Below, piece after piece: positions 39,501 to 48,264 of a stretch of DNA of 64,000 nucleotides. Numbering within the stretch: position 1 is the stretch's first letter; every line of letters starts with the position of its first letter. A program made the position numbers and the translations under genes. Source of the DNA: Phascolarctobacterium sp. (lineage in GTDB: Bacteria; Bacillota; Negativicutes; Acidaminococcales; Acidaminococcaceae); contig JAXDZG010000002.1 of assembly GCA_034086985.1 (NCBI GenBank), positions 50,944 through 114,943 on the forward strand. Reading direction: 5' to 3'. The notes below the pieces were generated by a model, which did no database searches, was not told the DNA's origin, and saw only the letters and a program-made list of their open reading frames with translations.

Positions 39501-40003
39501 GTGAGACAAGCATCAAGGATGGACAGCTGGTGCGGGTTGCAGGCATTATTGCCAACTGCACCATCAAAAACACGAAAAAGGGCGACACCATGGCTCTGCT
39601 TACGCTGGAGGATTTCACAGGACGCTGCAGTGTCATTGTCTTCAGTCGCGTGTACCACGAATGTCTGCGGGAAATACATGAGGATGGCATTGTGGCCATT
39701 GAAGGGCGCTTCAGCGTGGATGAGCGTGAAAGCAAAATTGTGGCTCAAAGGGTAGTTCCCCTGAGCAACAGGATTCCCAGCGAGGTCAAGCTGAAGATTG
39801 AAGCTTATTTGGAAAATCCCTTGGTGCAAAGGGAGCTTTTAAATGCCTTCCAAAAATTTCATGGCAATGACATCGTCTACCTGAAGCTCATGGGCTCTCG
39901 TAAAATTGTCAAGACCACACCCAATTATTGGGTTAACAGTCAGGCCGAGGGCTTTAAGGAAGCCATGGAAAGAATTTTAGGTAAGGATTGCTTTGTCCAA
40001 TAA
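36596..40003 (+). CDS. dnaE: DNA polymerase III alpha subunit
   Basis: PHP HLHVHTEYSLLDG, GRGSAAGS, MPDIDTD, KMDFLGL, GYGFNKSH, C-terminal OB fold. Confidence 0.98.
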   Translation: MSENKFTHLHVHTEYSLLDGASKIHELVAYAKELGMDALAITDHGAMYGAVEFYQECTKQGIKPILGCEVYLTTGSHFEKNNRGMFHLILLAENETGYHNLMKLVSIGQVEGFYYKPRIDKDALRAHSEGLICLSACIAGELPVLILQDNLEGARRCIQEYIDIFGKDNYFLEIQDHDLPEEHKVTAVLKQLAKEFDLGLVATNDLHYVRREDAAAQDILLCIQTTSTVDEPDRMRFPNDSFYLKSYEEMAERFGDCPEALANPNKIAERCNVQLEFGHLLLPEFPVPKGFDTASYLRHLCEEALPKRYPHVDDKIRQRLDFELKIINDMGYDAYFLIVWDFINFCREKGIPVGPGRGSAAGSVVAYLLNITNVEPLRYHLLFERFLNPERVSMPDIDTDFCYVRRQEVLDYVVQRYGKERVAQIITFGTLQARAAVRDVGKALGMSYGAVDEIAKMIPRELGITLDKALHNKDLREAYETRPEVKQLIDLSKSVEGLPRNAGTHAAGVIIAPHDLREYVPLQLGADTDGMITQYDKDKVEELGLLKMDFLGLRTLTVIGDCIEFIKETTGEVVDIDNIPLEDEATCAMLRRGDTTCVFQLESAGITKLVVDLAPTSFEDLIPLVALYRPGPLGTGMAEDFIAGRHGQRTAQVLHPLMEPILEDTYGVILYQEQVMQITSALAGFTLGQADIMRRAMGKKKASVLESMRQDFVEGAKREHDIPEQLSQQIFSLLQHFAGYGFNKSHSVAYALVAYQTAYLKAHWRPQFMAAFLNSVIGDSDKLSWYISVCRNDKIDILPPDVNESGYQFTVHGGKAIRFGLAGIKSMGDAAVQEIIKSRAKDGPFTSLMDFCNRVSMRLVNKRALENLIRSGAMDSFGAKRSQLLEVMERVADLGSAAQKDRAGGQLGLFDESETLAATEIRLPAMEELPKAVILQDEKELLGFYVTDHPLSEYSKVLERYMPLYQFVGETSIKDGQLVRVAGIIANCTIKNTKKGDTMALLTLEDFTGRCSVIVFSRVYHECLREIHEDGIVAIEGRFSVDERESKIVAQRVVPLSNRIPSEVKLKIEAYLENPLVQRELLNAFQKFHGNDIVYLKLMGSRKIVKTTPNYWVNSQAEGFKEAMERILGKDCFVQ

Positions 40004-40139
40004 GTGGCTTTTTTTAGCTAAAAAATGTTAAATATGCAACGGTTATACAAGAATAGCGGAAATAGACTTGCAAGTCTATACTGAAAAATGATACAATATA
40101 GAGAGTCATGTGTATATAACAATTGCAAGGAGGCTGCAA

Positions 40140-40934
40140 ATGAATATTATAGTATGTATTAAACAAACTCCGGATACTGAGAAGGTAAAATTCAATCCGG
40201 AAACTCGTACCCTGCTGCGTGAAGGCGTTGAAAATATTATGAACCCCTTCGATATGCAGGCTTTGGAAACTGCCCTGATTATGAAGGACAAATTCGGTGG
40301 TAAGGTTACCTGCATTTCCATGGGCCTGCCCCAAGCAACCGACGTGTTGAAGGAAGCTCTGGCTATGGGTGCGGATGATGCTGCTCTCATTAGTGACCGT
40401 GCTTTGGCAGGCTCCGATACCCTGGCTACCAGCTTGACTCTGGCTGCTGCTATTAAAAAGATTGGCGACTATGATTTGATTCTGTGCGGCAAGCAGGCAG
40501 TGGATGGCGACACCGCTCAGGTTGGCCCCGAAATCGCTGAGCATTTGGGCTTGCCCCAAATCACCGGCACCTTAAAGCTGGATTATGTGGACGAGCGTTT
40601 TGTTGCTTATCGTGAAAATGATAACTATTCCGAAACCTTGGCTTGTGCAGCACCCTTGCTGGTTACTGTAAACACCGCTGAAAAGGAGCCCCGTTTTGCT
40701 AGCATTAAGGGTAAAATGAAGGCACGCAAGGCTAAAATTCCCACCTGGACCATTGAGGATTTGGGCTTGGCACCGGAGCAAGTAGGTCTGATTGGCTCTC
40801 CCACCAAGGTTAGAAAATCCTTCACCCCGACTCCGCCGGAAATCCACAGCGAAATCATTGCTGAGGAAGATTTGGATGTAGCTGTAGATATGCTGTTTGA
40901 GAAGCTTGTAAAAGCTGAAATTATTACTCGTTGA
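40140..40934 (+). CDS. etfB: Electron transfer flavoprotein beta subunit
   Basis: IVCIKQTPD, NPFD, DRALAGSDTLAT, DGDTAQVGP, EPRFASIKG; RBS AGGAGG. Confidence 0.93.
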   Translation: MNIIVCIKQTPDTEKVKFNPETRTLLREGVENIMNPFDMQALETALIMKDKFGGKVTCISMGLPQATDVLKEALAMGADDAALISDRALAGSDTLATSLTLAAAIKKIGDYDLILCGKQAVDGDTAQVGPEIAEHLGLPQITGTLKLDYVDERFVAYRENDNYSETLACAAPLLVTVNTAEKEPRFASIKGKMKARKAKIPTWTIEDLGLAPEQVGLIGSPTKVRKSFTPTPPEIHSEIIAEEDLDVAVDMLFEKLVKAEIITR

Positions 40935-40935
40935 G

Positions 40936-42138
40936 GTGAATGATATGGCAATGAAAGTAGATAGAGATAAATGTATCGGCTGTGAATCCTGCACCATGGT
41001 CTGCCCCGTAGGCGCCATCAGCATGGTTGACGGCAAAGCAATGATTGACCCTGAACAATGCATTTCCTGCGGCGCTTGCGTTGGCGAATGCCCTGTTGAG
41101 GCTATCGCTCCTGAGGCAAGTGCTAAGGCTGAGGTTGCTAATAACGAGGGCAAGGATATGTGGGTAATTTGCGAGCTGGATAAGGGCGATGCTCTGCCGG
41201 TTTGCTACGAGCTCATCGGCGCTGCCAATGGCCTGGCTAAGAAGGCCGGCGACAAATGCTGCGCAGTTATTATTGGCAATGGCGTAGCTGAGCTGCCCGC
41301 GAAAATGATTGCTGCTGGTGCGGACAAGGTATATGTAATCGATAGCGATAAATATACCGACTACCACACCGAATTATATACCGATGCAGTGTGCCAATTG
41401 GTAGAGGCTTATAAGCCCTCCGCTTTGATGCTGCCCGCAACCATTGATGGTCGCGATTTGGCTCCGCGCATTGCAGCACGCCTGCACACCGGACTGTGCG
41501 CTGATTGCACCGCCGTTGATATTACTGATGATAATTTGGTAGCCTGGACCCGTCCTGCACTGGGCGGCAACATCTATGCCACCATCGTCTGCGACGAGCA
41601 TCGTCCGCAAATGGGCACCGTGCGTCCGAAGGTATTCAAGCCCTTGGAGCCCGATGCAAGCCGTACCGGTGAGGTAATTGCCTTCACTCCGGTGGACAGA
41701 GTAGAAAATAAAGTAGAAATCCTGAAGAAGGTTCCCAACGCAGGCAGCAACTCCATTAAGCTGGAGGACGCCGAGGTTATCGCAGCTGGTGGCCGTGGCA
41801 TGGGCACTCAAGAAAACTTTGACAAGCTGGCAGAGCTGGCAGGCCTTTTTGAAAAGGGCGCTGTAGCAGGCTCTCGTGCTGTTATCGACGCTGGCTGGAT
41901 GGCTCATTCCCAACAGGTTGGCCAATCCGGTAAGACAGTTACTCCGCACATCTATTTTGCCTGCGGTATCAGCGGCGCTGTACAGCATATTTCCGGCATG
42001 AAGGAATCCGACGTTATCATCGCCATCAATAAGGACGCTACTGCACCCATCTTTACTGTAGCTCATTATGGCATCGTGGGCGATGTTAATGTAATCCTGC
42101 CCAAGCTCATCGAAAAAATTAAAGCTTACAAAGAATAA
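40936..42138 (+). CDS. etfA: Electron transfer flavoprotein alpha subunit with N-terminal 2x[4Fe-4S] ferredoxin
   Basis: CIGCESC...CP and CISCGACVGECP; GLCADCT, TRPALGGN, QVGQSGKTV, GISGAVQH. Confidence 0.93.
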   Translation: MNDMAMKVDRDKCIGCESCTMVCPVGAISMVDGKAMIDPEQCISCGACVGECPVEAIAPEASAKAEVANNEGKDMWVICELDKGDALPVCYELIGAANGLAKKAGDKCCAVIIGNGVAELPAKMIAAGADKVYVIDSDKYTDYHTELYTDAVCQLVEAYKPSALMLPATIDGRDLAPRIAARLHTGLCADCTAVDITDDNLVAWTRPALGGNIYATIVCDEHRPQMGTVRPKVFKPLEPDASRTGEVIAFTPVDRVENKVEILKKVPNAGSNSIKLEDAEVIAAGGRGMGTQENFDKLAELAGLFEKGAVAGSRAVIDAGWMAHSQQVGQSGKTVTPHIYFACGISGAVQHISGMKESDVIIAINKDATAPIFTVAHYGIVGDVNVILPKLIEKIKAYKE

Positions 42139-42284
42139 GTTTAACTAATATCATTCCATTCACTAGAGGCGTTCTATTTTTAGGATGCCTCTAGCGTTGT
42201 TCAAGAGATAAATATTTAATATTTAAAATATTTATCATTTTCAATACAGAAAAAAGGGAAAAGGTTCCCAATAGGAGTTTTACT

Positions 42285-42479
42285 ATGTGGAAGGTATTAT
42301 ATATCGCTCCAACTGAAGCACAAGCTCAACGTATTCAGCAGCTGCTGACGGAAAGTGGCTTTTTGGTAAAGGTCAAAAGCTCCGGCGGCAAGCATAATAA
42401 GGCTTTTGAAATCTGCGTGCCCGTCTCCGAGGCGGAGGACGCTTATGAGGTTTTGTGTGAACATAAATTTCAGTGCTGA
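42285..42479 (+). CDS. Small conserved protein (DUF2007-like)
   Basis: MWKVLYIAP...LL.ESGFLV...EICVP.SEAEDA; RBS AGGAG. Confidence 0.6.
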   Translation: MWKVLYIAPTEAQAQRIQQLLTESGFLVKVKSSGGKHNKAFEICVPVSEAEDAYEVLCEHKFQC

Positions 42480-42494
42480 GGGGGTTCGGTTCTG

Positions 42495-44246
42495 ATGAAA
42501 AAAACAAAAATTATTTGTACCATGGGTCCTGCCACTGATGATGTGTCCTTGCTGACCCAAATGATGCAGTCCGGTATGGATTTAGCCCGCTTTAACTTTT
42601 CTCATGGCAATCACGAGGACCATGGCAAGCGTCTAAGCCTAGTGCGCCAGGCTGCTGCCAGGGCAGGTAAGGTTATTGCTACCATTGCCGATACTAAGGG
42701 CCCTGAGATGCGCCTCGGCATGTTCAAGGATAACAAGGTACAGCTCAGCGAGGGTGATGAGTTCACCCTGACTACGGCAGATTATTTGGGAGACGAGCAT
42801 AAGGCTCATGTGAACTACGCAGGTCTGCCTGAGGAGCTTACTGTGGGCAGCAGCATTCTTTTGGCTGACGGCCTGCTTTCCTTAAAGGTAACTGCCATCG
42901 AGGGCTGCGAAATTCATACCATAGTAGTGAACGGTGGCGAGCTCAGCTCCCGCAAGCGCGTGGCCTGCCCCGGCATCGAGCTGAAGCTGCCCTTCCTGTC
43001 CGAGCAGGATAAATCCGACATTCTCTTCGCAGCTAAAAACGATATGGATTATGTGGCCGCTTCCTTCGTGCAAAAGGCGGATGATGTTATCGCCATTCGC
43101 AAGGTGCTGGAGGAAAATGGCTATCACATGGGCATCATTTCCAAGATTGAAAATGAAGCCGGTGTGAAGAATATTGACGAGATTATCAATGTCTCCGACG
43201 GCGTCATGGTAGCCCGTGGAGATCTGGGCGTGGAGATTCCTACGGAGGATGTGCCCATTGTGCAAAAGGAGATTATTTCCCGCTGCAACAAGGCTGGCAA
43301 GCCCGTTATCACCGCCACCCAAATGCTGGAGAGCATGATGAATAGCTATCGCGCGACCCGAGCCGAGGCTAGTGATGTGGCCAACGCTATTTATGATGGC
43401 AGTGATGTTATCATGCTCAGCGGTGAGACTGCTTCCGGAAAATATCCCTTGGAGGCAGTGCAGACCATGGCCAAGATTGCAGAGCGCACGGAAAAATCCT
43501 TGGATTATATTGCTTTGTTCCGCAAGAAGGGTCTGGCAGAGCGCATTCATTCTACGGACGCCATTAGCCATGCTACGGTGCAGATTGCTACAGAAATTCG
43601 CGCCAACGCTATTTTAACTATTACTGAGTCCGGCTTTACGGCCCGCATGATTGCTAAATATAAGCCCTGGTCCCAGGTTGTGGCTATGTCCCGTGTGGAA
43701 AAGAGCGTGCGTATGATGCAGCTGTATTGGGGTGTGGAGCCTATTTTAGGGCCCTATAGCACCAATACTGACGAGATGATCGAGCTGAGCCTGCAATGTG
43801 CACTGCATAATGGTGCCATCAGCGATGGCTCCTCCGTTGTGATTACAGCCGGTGTGCCCATTGGCACTCCCGGTAGTACGAATTTGATTAAGGTGGTTAC
43901 TGTGGGAAATAAGCTTTTAAGTGGTACTGGTATCGGTCGCCGCAGCGTCACCGGTAAGCTGTGCATTTGCAGCACCAGTGCTGATTTTGCCAATAAATTA
44001 CAAAAGGGCGACGTTCTGGTTGTGGACGTGCTCAACGATGAATTTGTACCGGCAGCTTCTAGCAAGGCAGCTGCCATTATCGCCGAGGAAGGCGGCCTGA
44101 CCTCCTCCACTGCTATTGTGGGCATCACCTGCGGTCTGCCCGTCATTGTCGGCGCAGCTCGTGCTGTGAGCACCTTGCCTGACGGCGCGCTGGTAACGGT
44201 GGACCCGGTCAGCGGCGACGTTTACGAAGGCGATATTAATCTGTAA
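42495..44246 (+). CDS. pyk: Pyruvate kinase with C-terminal PEP-utiliser swivel domain
   Basis: KTKIICTMGP, RFNFSHG, DTKGPE, MVARGDLGVE, ATQMLESM, MLSGETA. Confidence 0.97.
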   Translation: MKKTKIICTMGPATDDVSLLTQMMQSGMDLARFNFSHGNHEDHGKRLSLVRQAAARAGKVIATIADTKGPEMRLGMFKDNKVQLSEGDEFTLTTADYLGDEHKAHVNYAGLPEELTVGSSILLADGLLSLKVTAIEGCEIHTIVVNGGELSSRKRVACPGIELKLPFLSEQDKSDILFAAKNDMDYVAASFVQKADDVIAIRKVLEENGYHMGIISKIENEAGVKNIDEIINVSDGVMVARGDLGVEIPTEDVPIVQKEIISRCNKAGKPVITATQMLESMMNSYRATRAEASDVANAIYDGSDVIMLSGETASGKYPLEAVQTMAKIAERTEKSLDYIALFRKKGLAERIHSTDAISHATVQIATEIRANAILTITESGFTARMIAKYKPWSQVVAMSRVEKSVRMMQLYWGVEPILGPYSTNTDEMIELSLQCALHNGAISDGSSVVITAGVPIGTPGSTNLIKVVTVGNKLLSGTGIGRRSVTGKLCICSTSADFANKLQKGDVLVVDVLNDEFVPAASSKAAAIIAEEGGLTSSTAIVGITCGLPVIVGAARAVSTLPDGALVTVDPVSGDVYEGDINL

Positions 44247-44250
44247 GGCT

Positions 44251-45261
44251 ATGGATGCTCTTGATGCTGTTTGTGGTATGGATGAATCCTTGGCTTTAGA
44301 GGTTTGTCTTGCCGTACGCCAAAATAAGCTTGAGGCAGCCCAGGCTACTTTTGAGAAGATTTTGGTAGTACAGGAGGATAAAGAGTTTCTTGCTCTCATA
44401 AAGCTGGCCCTGCTTGCTGCTTTACGCAAGGAGCAAGAGTTAATGGCCTTACATTGGTTAGAGGCGAGTAAAAAGCGGCTTAAAGCAGTCTTTGCGAAAG
44501 CAGAGCTGGCAGAGGAAGGGGCCAGTCTTTTAGAGACCTGGTGCTTTGCCTGCTGTGACCATCGTTTAGAAAATATGCGTGTAGCGCTTACAAGCTTAGT
44601 GCGTCAGTGGTTTAGAGCCACAGGCTCTAGCACGGAGGCCCAAGCACTAGAAAAGGAGCTGCTCAACATGGCTGCCCGCATGGTGCGCCGTGGTTGGCAG
44701 CAGGAGGCTAGGTGGCTGCTGCGCTTACTGGCCTGGCGCGTCCTGCGCTGCCAGAGCTTGGATGCTTGGCAGCGGCTTTTGGCACAGCTCTCCTTGCATT
44801 TTACGGTGTACGCTCGCTGGGATGGCTTCGCCAAGGCCTGCGAGGCGTATGGGGAGCTGGTGCTGCTGCTAGTGGTGCTGGTGCGGCGCGCAAAGCGCGA
44901 CGCACAACGTTACCAGCAAGCGGAGTTACAGGCGCACCGCAAGCCCTTGACCGAGCAGCAGCGAGCTGCTGCGCTCAAGCTGGCGCTGCGCACGGTGCGT
45001 GATTTGGTAACGACTATTGCTCGCACTTCCATGCAGGACGATATGGATATCTTCCGCCAGTGGTACCAATATTTATGGCAGCTGGCAGGAGATGACCAGC
45101 TTAAAAAGCAGCAGCTCATGTTGCTGCTGCAGCTGGCCATCCGTTATTGGCAGCGTACGCTGCCCAAGAGCAGCAAAAAGCAGGTGCGCTTTTTGCAGGA
45201 TTTGCTAGAGCCAAGCTTCATCAGCGCCGAGTATGAGGCGCTGCTTGAGAGAATCGCTTGA
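44251..45261 (+). CDS. Hypothetical all-helical protein
   Basis: 336-aa Leu/Ala/Arg/Trp-rich ORF directly after pyk; no motif recognised. Confidence 0.65.
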   Translation: MDALDAVCGMDESLALEVCLAVRQNKLEAAQATFEKILVVQEDKEFLALIKLALLAALRKEQELMALHWLEASKKRLKAVFAKAELAEEGASLLETWCFACCDHRLENMRVALTSLVRQWFRATGSSTEAQALEKELLNMAARMVRRGWQQEARWLLRLLAWRVLRCQSLDAWQRLLAQLSLHFTVYARWDGFAKACEAYGELVLLLVVLVRRAKRDAQRYQQAELQAHRKPLTEQQRAAALKLALRTVRDLVTTIARTSMQDDMDIFRQWYQYLWQLAGDDQLKKQQLMLLLQLAIRYWQRTLPKSSKKQVRFLQDLLEPSFISAEYEALLERIA

Positions 45262-45271
45262 AGTGAGCCTT

Positions 45272-45317
45272 CTCCCCTTAAAAAACTTTAAGGGGAGGTG
45301 CCGAGCTTGCGAGGCGG
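45272..45317. repeat. REP-like palindromic intergenic unit
   Basis: CTCCCCTTAAA/TTTAAGGGGAG hairpin then GGTGCCGAGC..GAGGC; the latter recurs at 53848-53868. Confidence 0.5.
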
Positions 45318-45369
45318 AGAAAATTTGCAAGTCCTCAAGTCCTAAACTTTAATTAATGAGGTAAAAATC

Positions 45370-46251
45370 ATGGCTAAAATTGTTGTAGTAGGTAGCTGTA
45401 ATATCGATATTACAGTGGAGTGCGACCGCTGGGCCAAGCCTGGCGAGACCATTTTTGGCAAGCGCCTCACTGTAAACCCCGGTGGCAAGGGTGCCAACCA
45501 GGCTGTGGCTGCCGCCCGCTTAGGTGCGGAGGTAAGCATGGTGGGCTGCATCGGCGACGATGTCTATGGTCAGTTGGTGCAAAAGGCGCTCAAGGAAAAT
45601 AATGTGGACGCCACCTATGTGAAGGTGCTGGCCGGTGAAAACAGCGGCACTGCCCACATCACGGTGGCCGAAAACGATAATAGCATTATCGTTATCAAGG
45701 CCGCTAACGATTTAGTATCCCCGGCGCTTATCGACGAGGCTTGGGATACCATCAAGCAGGCGGATATGGTGCTTTTGCAGCATGAAATTCCCGCCGCTAC
45801 CAACGCATATGTTATCGAAAAATGCTACGCTGCCGGTGTGCCCGTGTTGCTCAACCCCGCTCCCGTGGCTCCGGTGCCCCAGGAGCTTTTGGATAAGGTA
45901 ACCTACCTTACTCCCAACGAGCACGAGGCTGCCATCCTCTTTGCCGGGGAGGGCAAGGCGGATATCCTAGGTCGCAACCAGGGTAAAGTGATTATGACCT
46001 TGGGCAGCAAGGGCGTAGCCTATGCAGAAAAGGGTCAGGTTTATAATGTATCGGGCTTTAAAGTGCAGCCCGTGGACACCACTGGCGCTGGCGATACCTT
46101 CAACGGTGCCTTTGCTGTGGCTCGTGCCAACGGCAAGAATATGTACGATAGCATCAGCTTTGCCAACGCGGCAGCAGCGCTGTCCGTGCAAAAGCTGGGC
46201 GCTCAGGGCGGTATGCCTTATTTAAACGAAGTAGAGGAGATGCTTGAGTAA
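45370..46251 (+). CDS. rbsK: Ribokinase
   Basis: PGGKGANQAVAAARLG, TPNEHE, DTTGAGDTFNG. Confidence 0.95.
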   Translation: MAKIVVVGSCNIDITVECDRWAKPGETIFGKRLTVNPGGKGANQAVAAARLGAEVSMVGCIGDDVYGQLVQKALKENNVDATYVKVLAGENSGTAHITVAENDNSIIVIKAANDLVSPALIDEAWDTIKQADMVLLQHEIPAATNAYVIEKCYAAGVPVLLNPAPVAPVPQELLDKVTYLTPNEHEAAILFAGEGKADILGRNQGKVIMTLGSKGVAYAEKGQVYNVSGFKVQPVDTTGAGDTFNGAFAVARANGKNMYDSISFANAAAALSVQKLGAQGGMPYLNEVEEMLE

Positions 46252-46649
46252 TGCAAAAGGGTGGAATGTTAAACAGCTCCATTGCCAAGGTGCTGGCTGA
46301 CTTGGGTCACACCGATACCATCGTTATCGGCGACTGTGGCTTGCCCGTACCGGCAGGCGTGTCGAAAATTGACTTGGCGCTTAAGCCTGGAATGCCCTCC
46401 TTTGTGGATGTGGTTACCGAGGTTGCCAAGCATATGGTTATTGAAAAAGTAGAGATTGCCAGTGAAATGAAGGAGCGTAATCCTCAGGTTTACGCTGCTA
46501 TGCAGGCTTTGTTCACCGAGCAGGAGTGGATTTACGACGAGAACCACGAAGCCTTTAAGGAAGCAACCAAAAAGGCGAAATGCGTGATTAGAACCGGCGA
46601 AATCACACCATACGCAAATATTATTTTGCACAGTAACGTTTTTTTCTAA
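46251..46649 (+). CDS. rbsD: D-ribose pyranase
   Basis: LGHTD.IVIGDCGLP, IDLAL, HEAFK, RTGE.TPYAN. Confidence 0.95.
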   Translation: MQKGGMLNSSIAKVLADLGHTDTIVIGDCGLPVPAGVSKIDLALKPGMPSFVDVVTEVAKHMVIEKVEIASEMKERNPQVYAAMQALFTEQEWIYDENHEAFKEATKKAKCVIRTGEITPYANIILHSNVFF

Positions 46650-46665
46650 TATTACCTGAAAATTA

Positions 46666-46764
46666 GGTGCGTTAGAAAGTATTAGATGCGAAGAAAGCCG
46701 ACGACGGCGTATCGAAAATACTCCTAGGAGTCTTTCTGAAGCAGATGATGCTTTATAACGCGCC
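46666..46764. repeat. 99-bp intergenic element with imperfect terminal inverted repeats
   Basis: GGTGCGTTAGAAAGTAT vs reverse complement of ATGCTTTATAACGCGCC (14/17). Confidence 0.5.
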
Positions 46765-46779
46765 CTGGAGAAGGATATA

Positions 46780-48261
46780 ATGGAAATAGAAATGAGAAAC
46801 ATCCACAAAGCCTTTGGTGCGAACAAGGTTTTGAAGGGTGTTAATTTAAAATTAAAAAGTGGCGAGGTCCATGCCCTCATGGGCGAGAACGGTGCCGGTA
46901 AGTCCACCCTTATGAACATCCTCACCGGTATTCATAAGCAGGACCAGGGCCAGATTTTCGTGGATGGCAAGGAGGTTTGCTTCAAGAATCCCTTGGAGGC
47001 TGAGGCTGCCGGTATTGCCTTCATCCATCAGGAGCTCAATATTTGGCCCAATTTGACCATCTTGGAAAATCTTTTCATGATGCACAGTGTGGCCAATTCC
47101 TGGGGCGTGCTGGACTTCAAAAAAATGCGCCAAATCGCTGAGGAAAAATGCAAGGAAATAGCCATTGATTTGCCCCTGGACGCAGAAGCAGGGGAGTGCA
47201 GCGTGGGCCAGCAGCAGATGACGGAAATCGTGCGCAACCTGCTGGTGGATGCCAAGGTAGTCATCATGGACGAGCCCACTGCGGCCCTCACTGAGCGCGA
47301 AACCGAGAAGCTTTTTGAAGTAATGCGCTCCCTGAAAAAGCGTGGCGTGGCCATGGTTTATATTTCCCACCGCATGGAGGAGGTTTTTAGCCAGTGCGAC
47401 ACCGTCACCGTCATGCGTGATGGGGTGTCCGTGGATACCAAGTCCGTTACTGATTACGGTCGCGAGCAAATCGTACGCGACATGGTAGGCCGCTCCATTA
47501 CCGAGTTCTATCCCCCTCGCACCAATAAACCCGGCGAGGTAGTGCTGGAGGTGAAGAACTTCCATCAGCCAGGTCTTTTCAAGGACATCAGCTTCAACCT
47601 GCGCAAGGGCGAAATCTTGGGCGTAGCTGGCCTCATGGGCGCTGGTCGCACGGAAATCATGCGCGCTATTTTTGGCGTAGATGGTTGCCAGAGCGGTGAG
47701 GTGAGCCTCAAGGGTCAGTCCATTGTCATCAAGAAGCCCGAAGACGCTATCAAGGCCGGTATCGGCTTTGTTACGGAAAACCGCAAGAGCGAGGGCTTGA
47801 TTTTAGACTTTTCCATCCTGCGCAATATTGCACTGCCCAGTGTGGATAGCTTTGCCAAGAAGAGCGTCATTAATTTTAAAAGCCTCAACGATTTTGCCCA
47901 CAAAATGGCCTCCAAGCTGGGCGTGAAGGCTCAGGATCTTGATTTGGAGGCCGGTGCCCTGTCCGGCGGTAACCAACAAAAGGTAGTTATCGCTAAATGG
48001 GTCGGCAAAAAGCCCGACATTATCATCATGGACGAGCCCACCCGCGGCATCGATGTGGGTGCCAAGCGCGATATTTATGAGCTTATGAATGAGCTGACGG
48101 CCAGTGGTGTTTCCATTATTATGGTTTCCTCCGAGCTGCCGGAGGTTTTGGGCATGAGCGACCGCATCATGGTTATCCATGAGGGACGCATTGCCGGTGA
48201 GCTGCTCCATGACGAAGCAGATCAAGAAAAAATAATGGCCTTGGCAACGGGAGGGCAATAA
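46780..48261 (+). CDS. rbsA: Ribose ABC transporter ATPase (two NBDs)
   Basis: GENGAGKST, MDEPTAAL, LSGGNQQK, DEPTRGIDVGAK. Confidence 0.93.
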   Translation: MEIEMRNIHKAFGANKVLKGVNLKLKSGEVHALMGENGAGKSTLMNILTGIHKQDQGQIFVDGKEVCFKNPLEAEAAGIAFIHQELNIWPNLTILENLFMMHSVANSWGVLDFKKMRQIAEEKCKEIAIDLPLDAEAGECSVGQQQMTEIVRNLLVDAKVVIMDEPTAALTERETEKLFEVMRSLKKRGVAMVYISHRMEEVFSQCDTVTVMRDGVSVDTKSVTDYGREQIVRDMVGRSITEFYPPRTNKPGEVVLEVKNFHQPGLFKDISFNLRKGEILGVAGLMGAGRTEIMRAIFGVDGCQSGEVSLKGQSIVIKKPEDAIKAGIGFVTENRKSEGLILDFSILRNIALPSVDSFAKKSVINFKSLNDFAHKMASKLGVKAQDLDLEAGALSGGNQQKVVIAKWVGKKPDIIIMDEPTRGIDVGAKRDIYELMNELTASGVSIIMVSSELPEVLGMSDRIMVIHEGRIAGELLHDEADQEKIMALATGGQ

Positions 48262-48264
48262 AAA

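Noticed and set aside
44756-44767. 12-nt exact match GCTTGGATGCTT to 25817-25828
   Set aside because: Short, inside a CDS, no plausible PAM, and two of the bases belong to the putative repeat; compatible with chance
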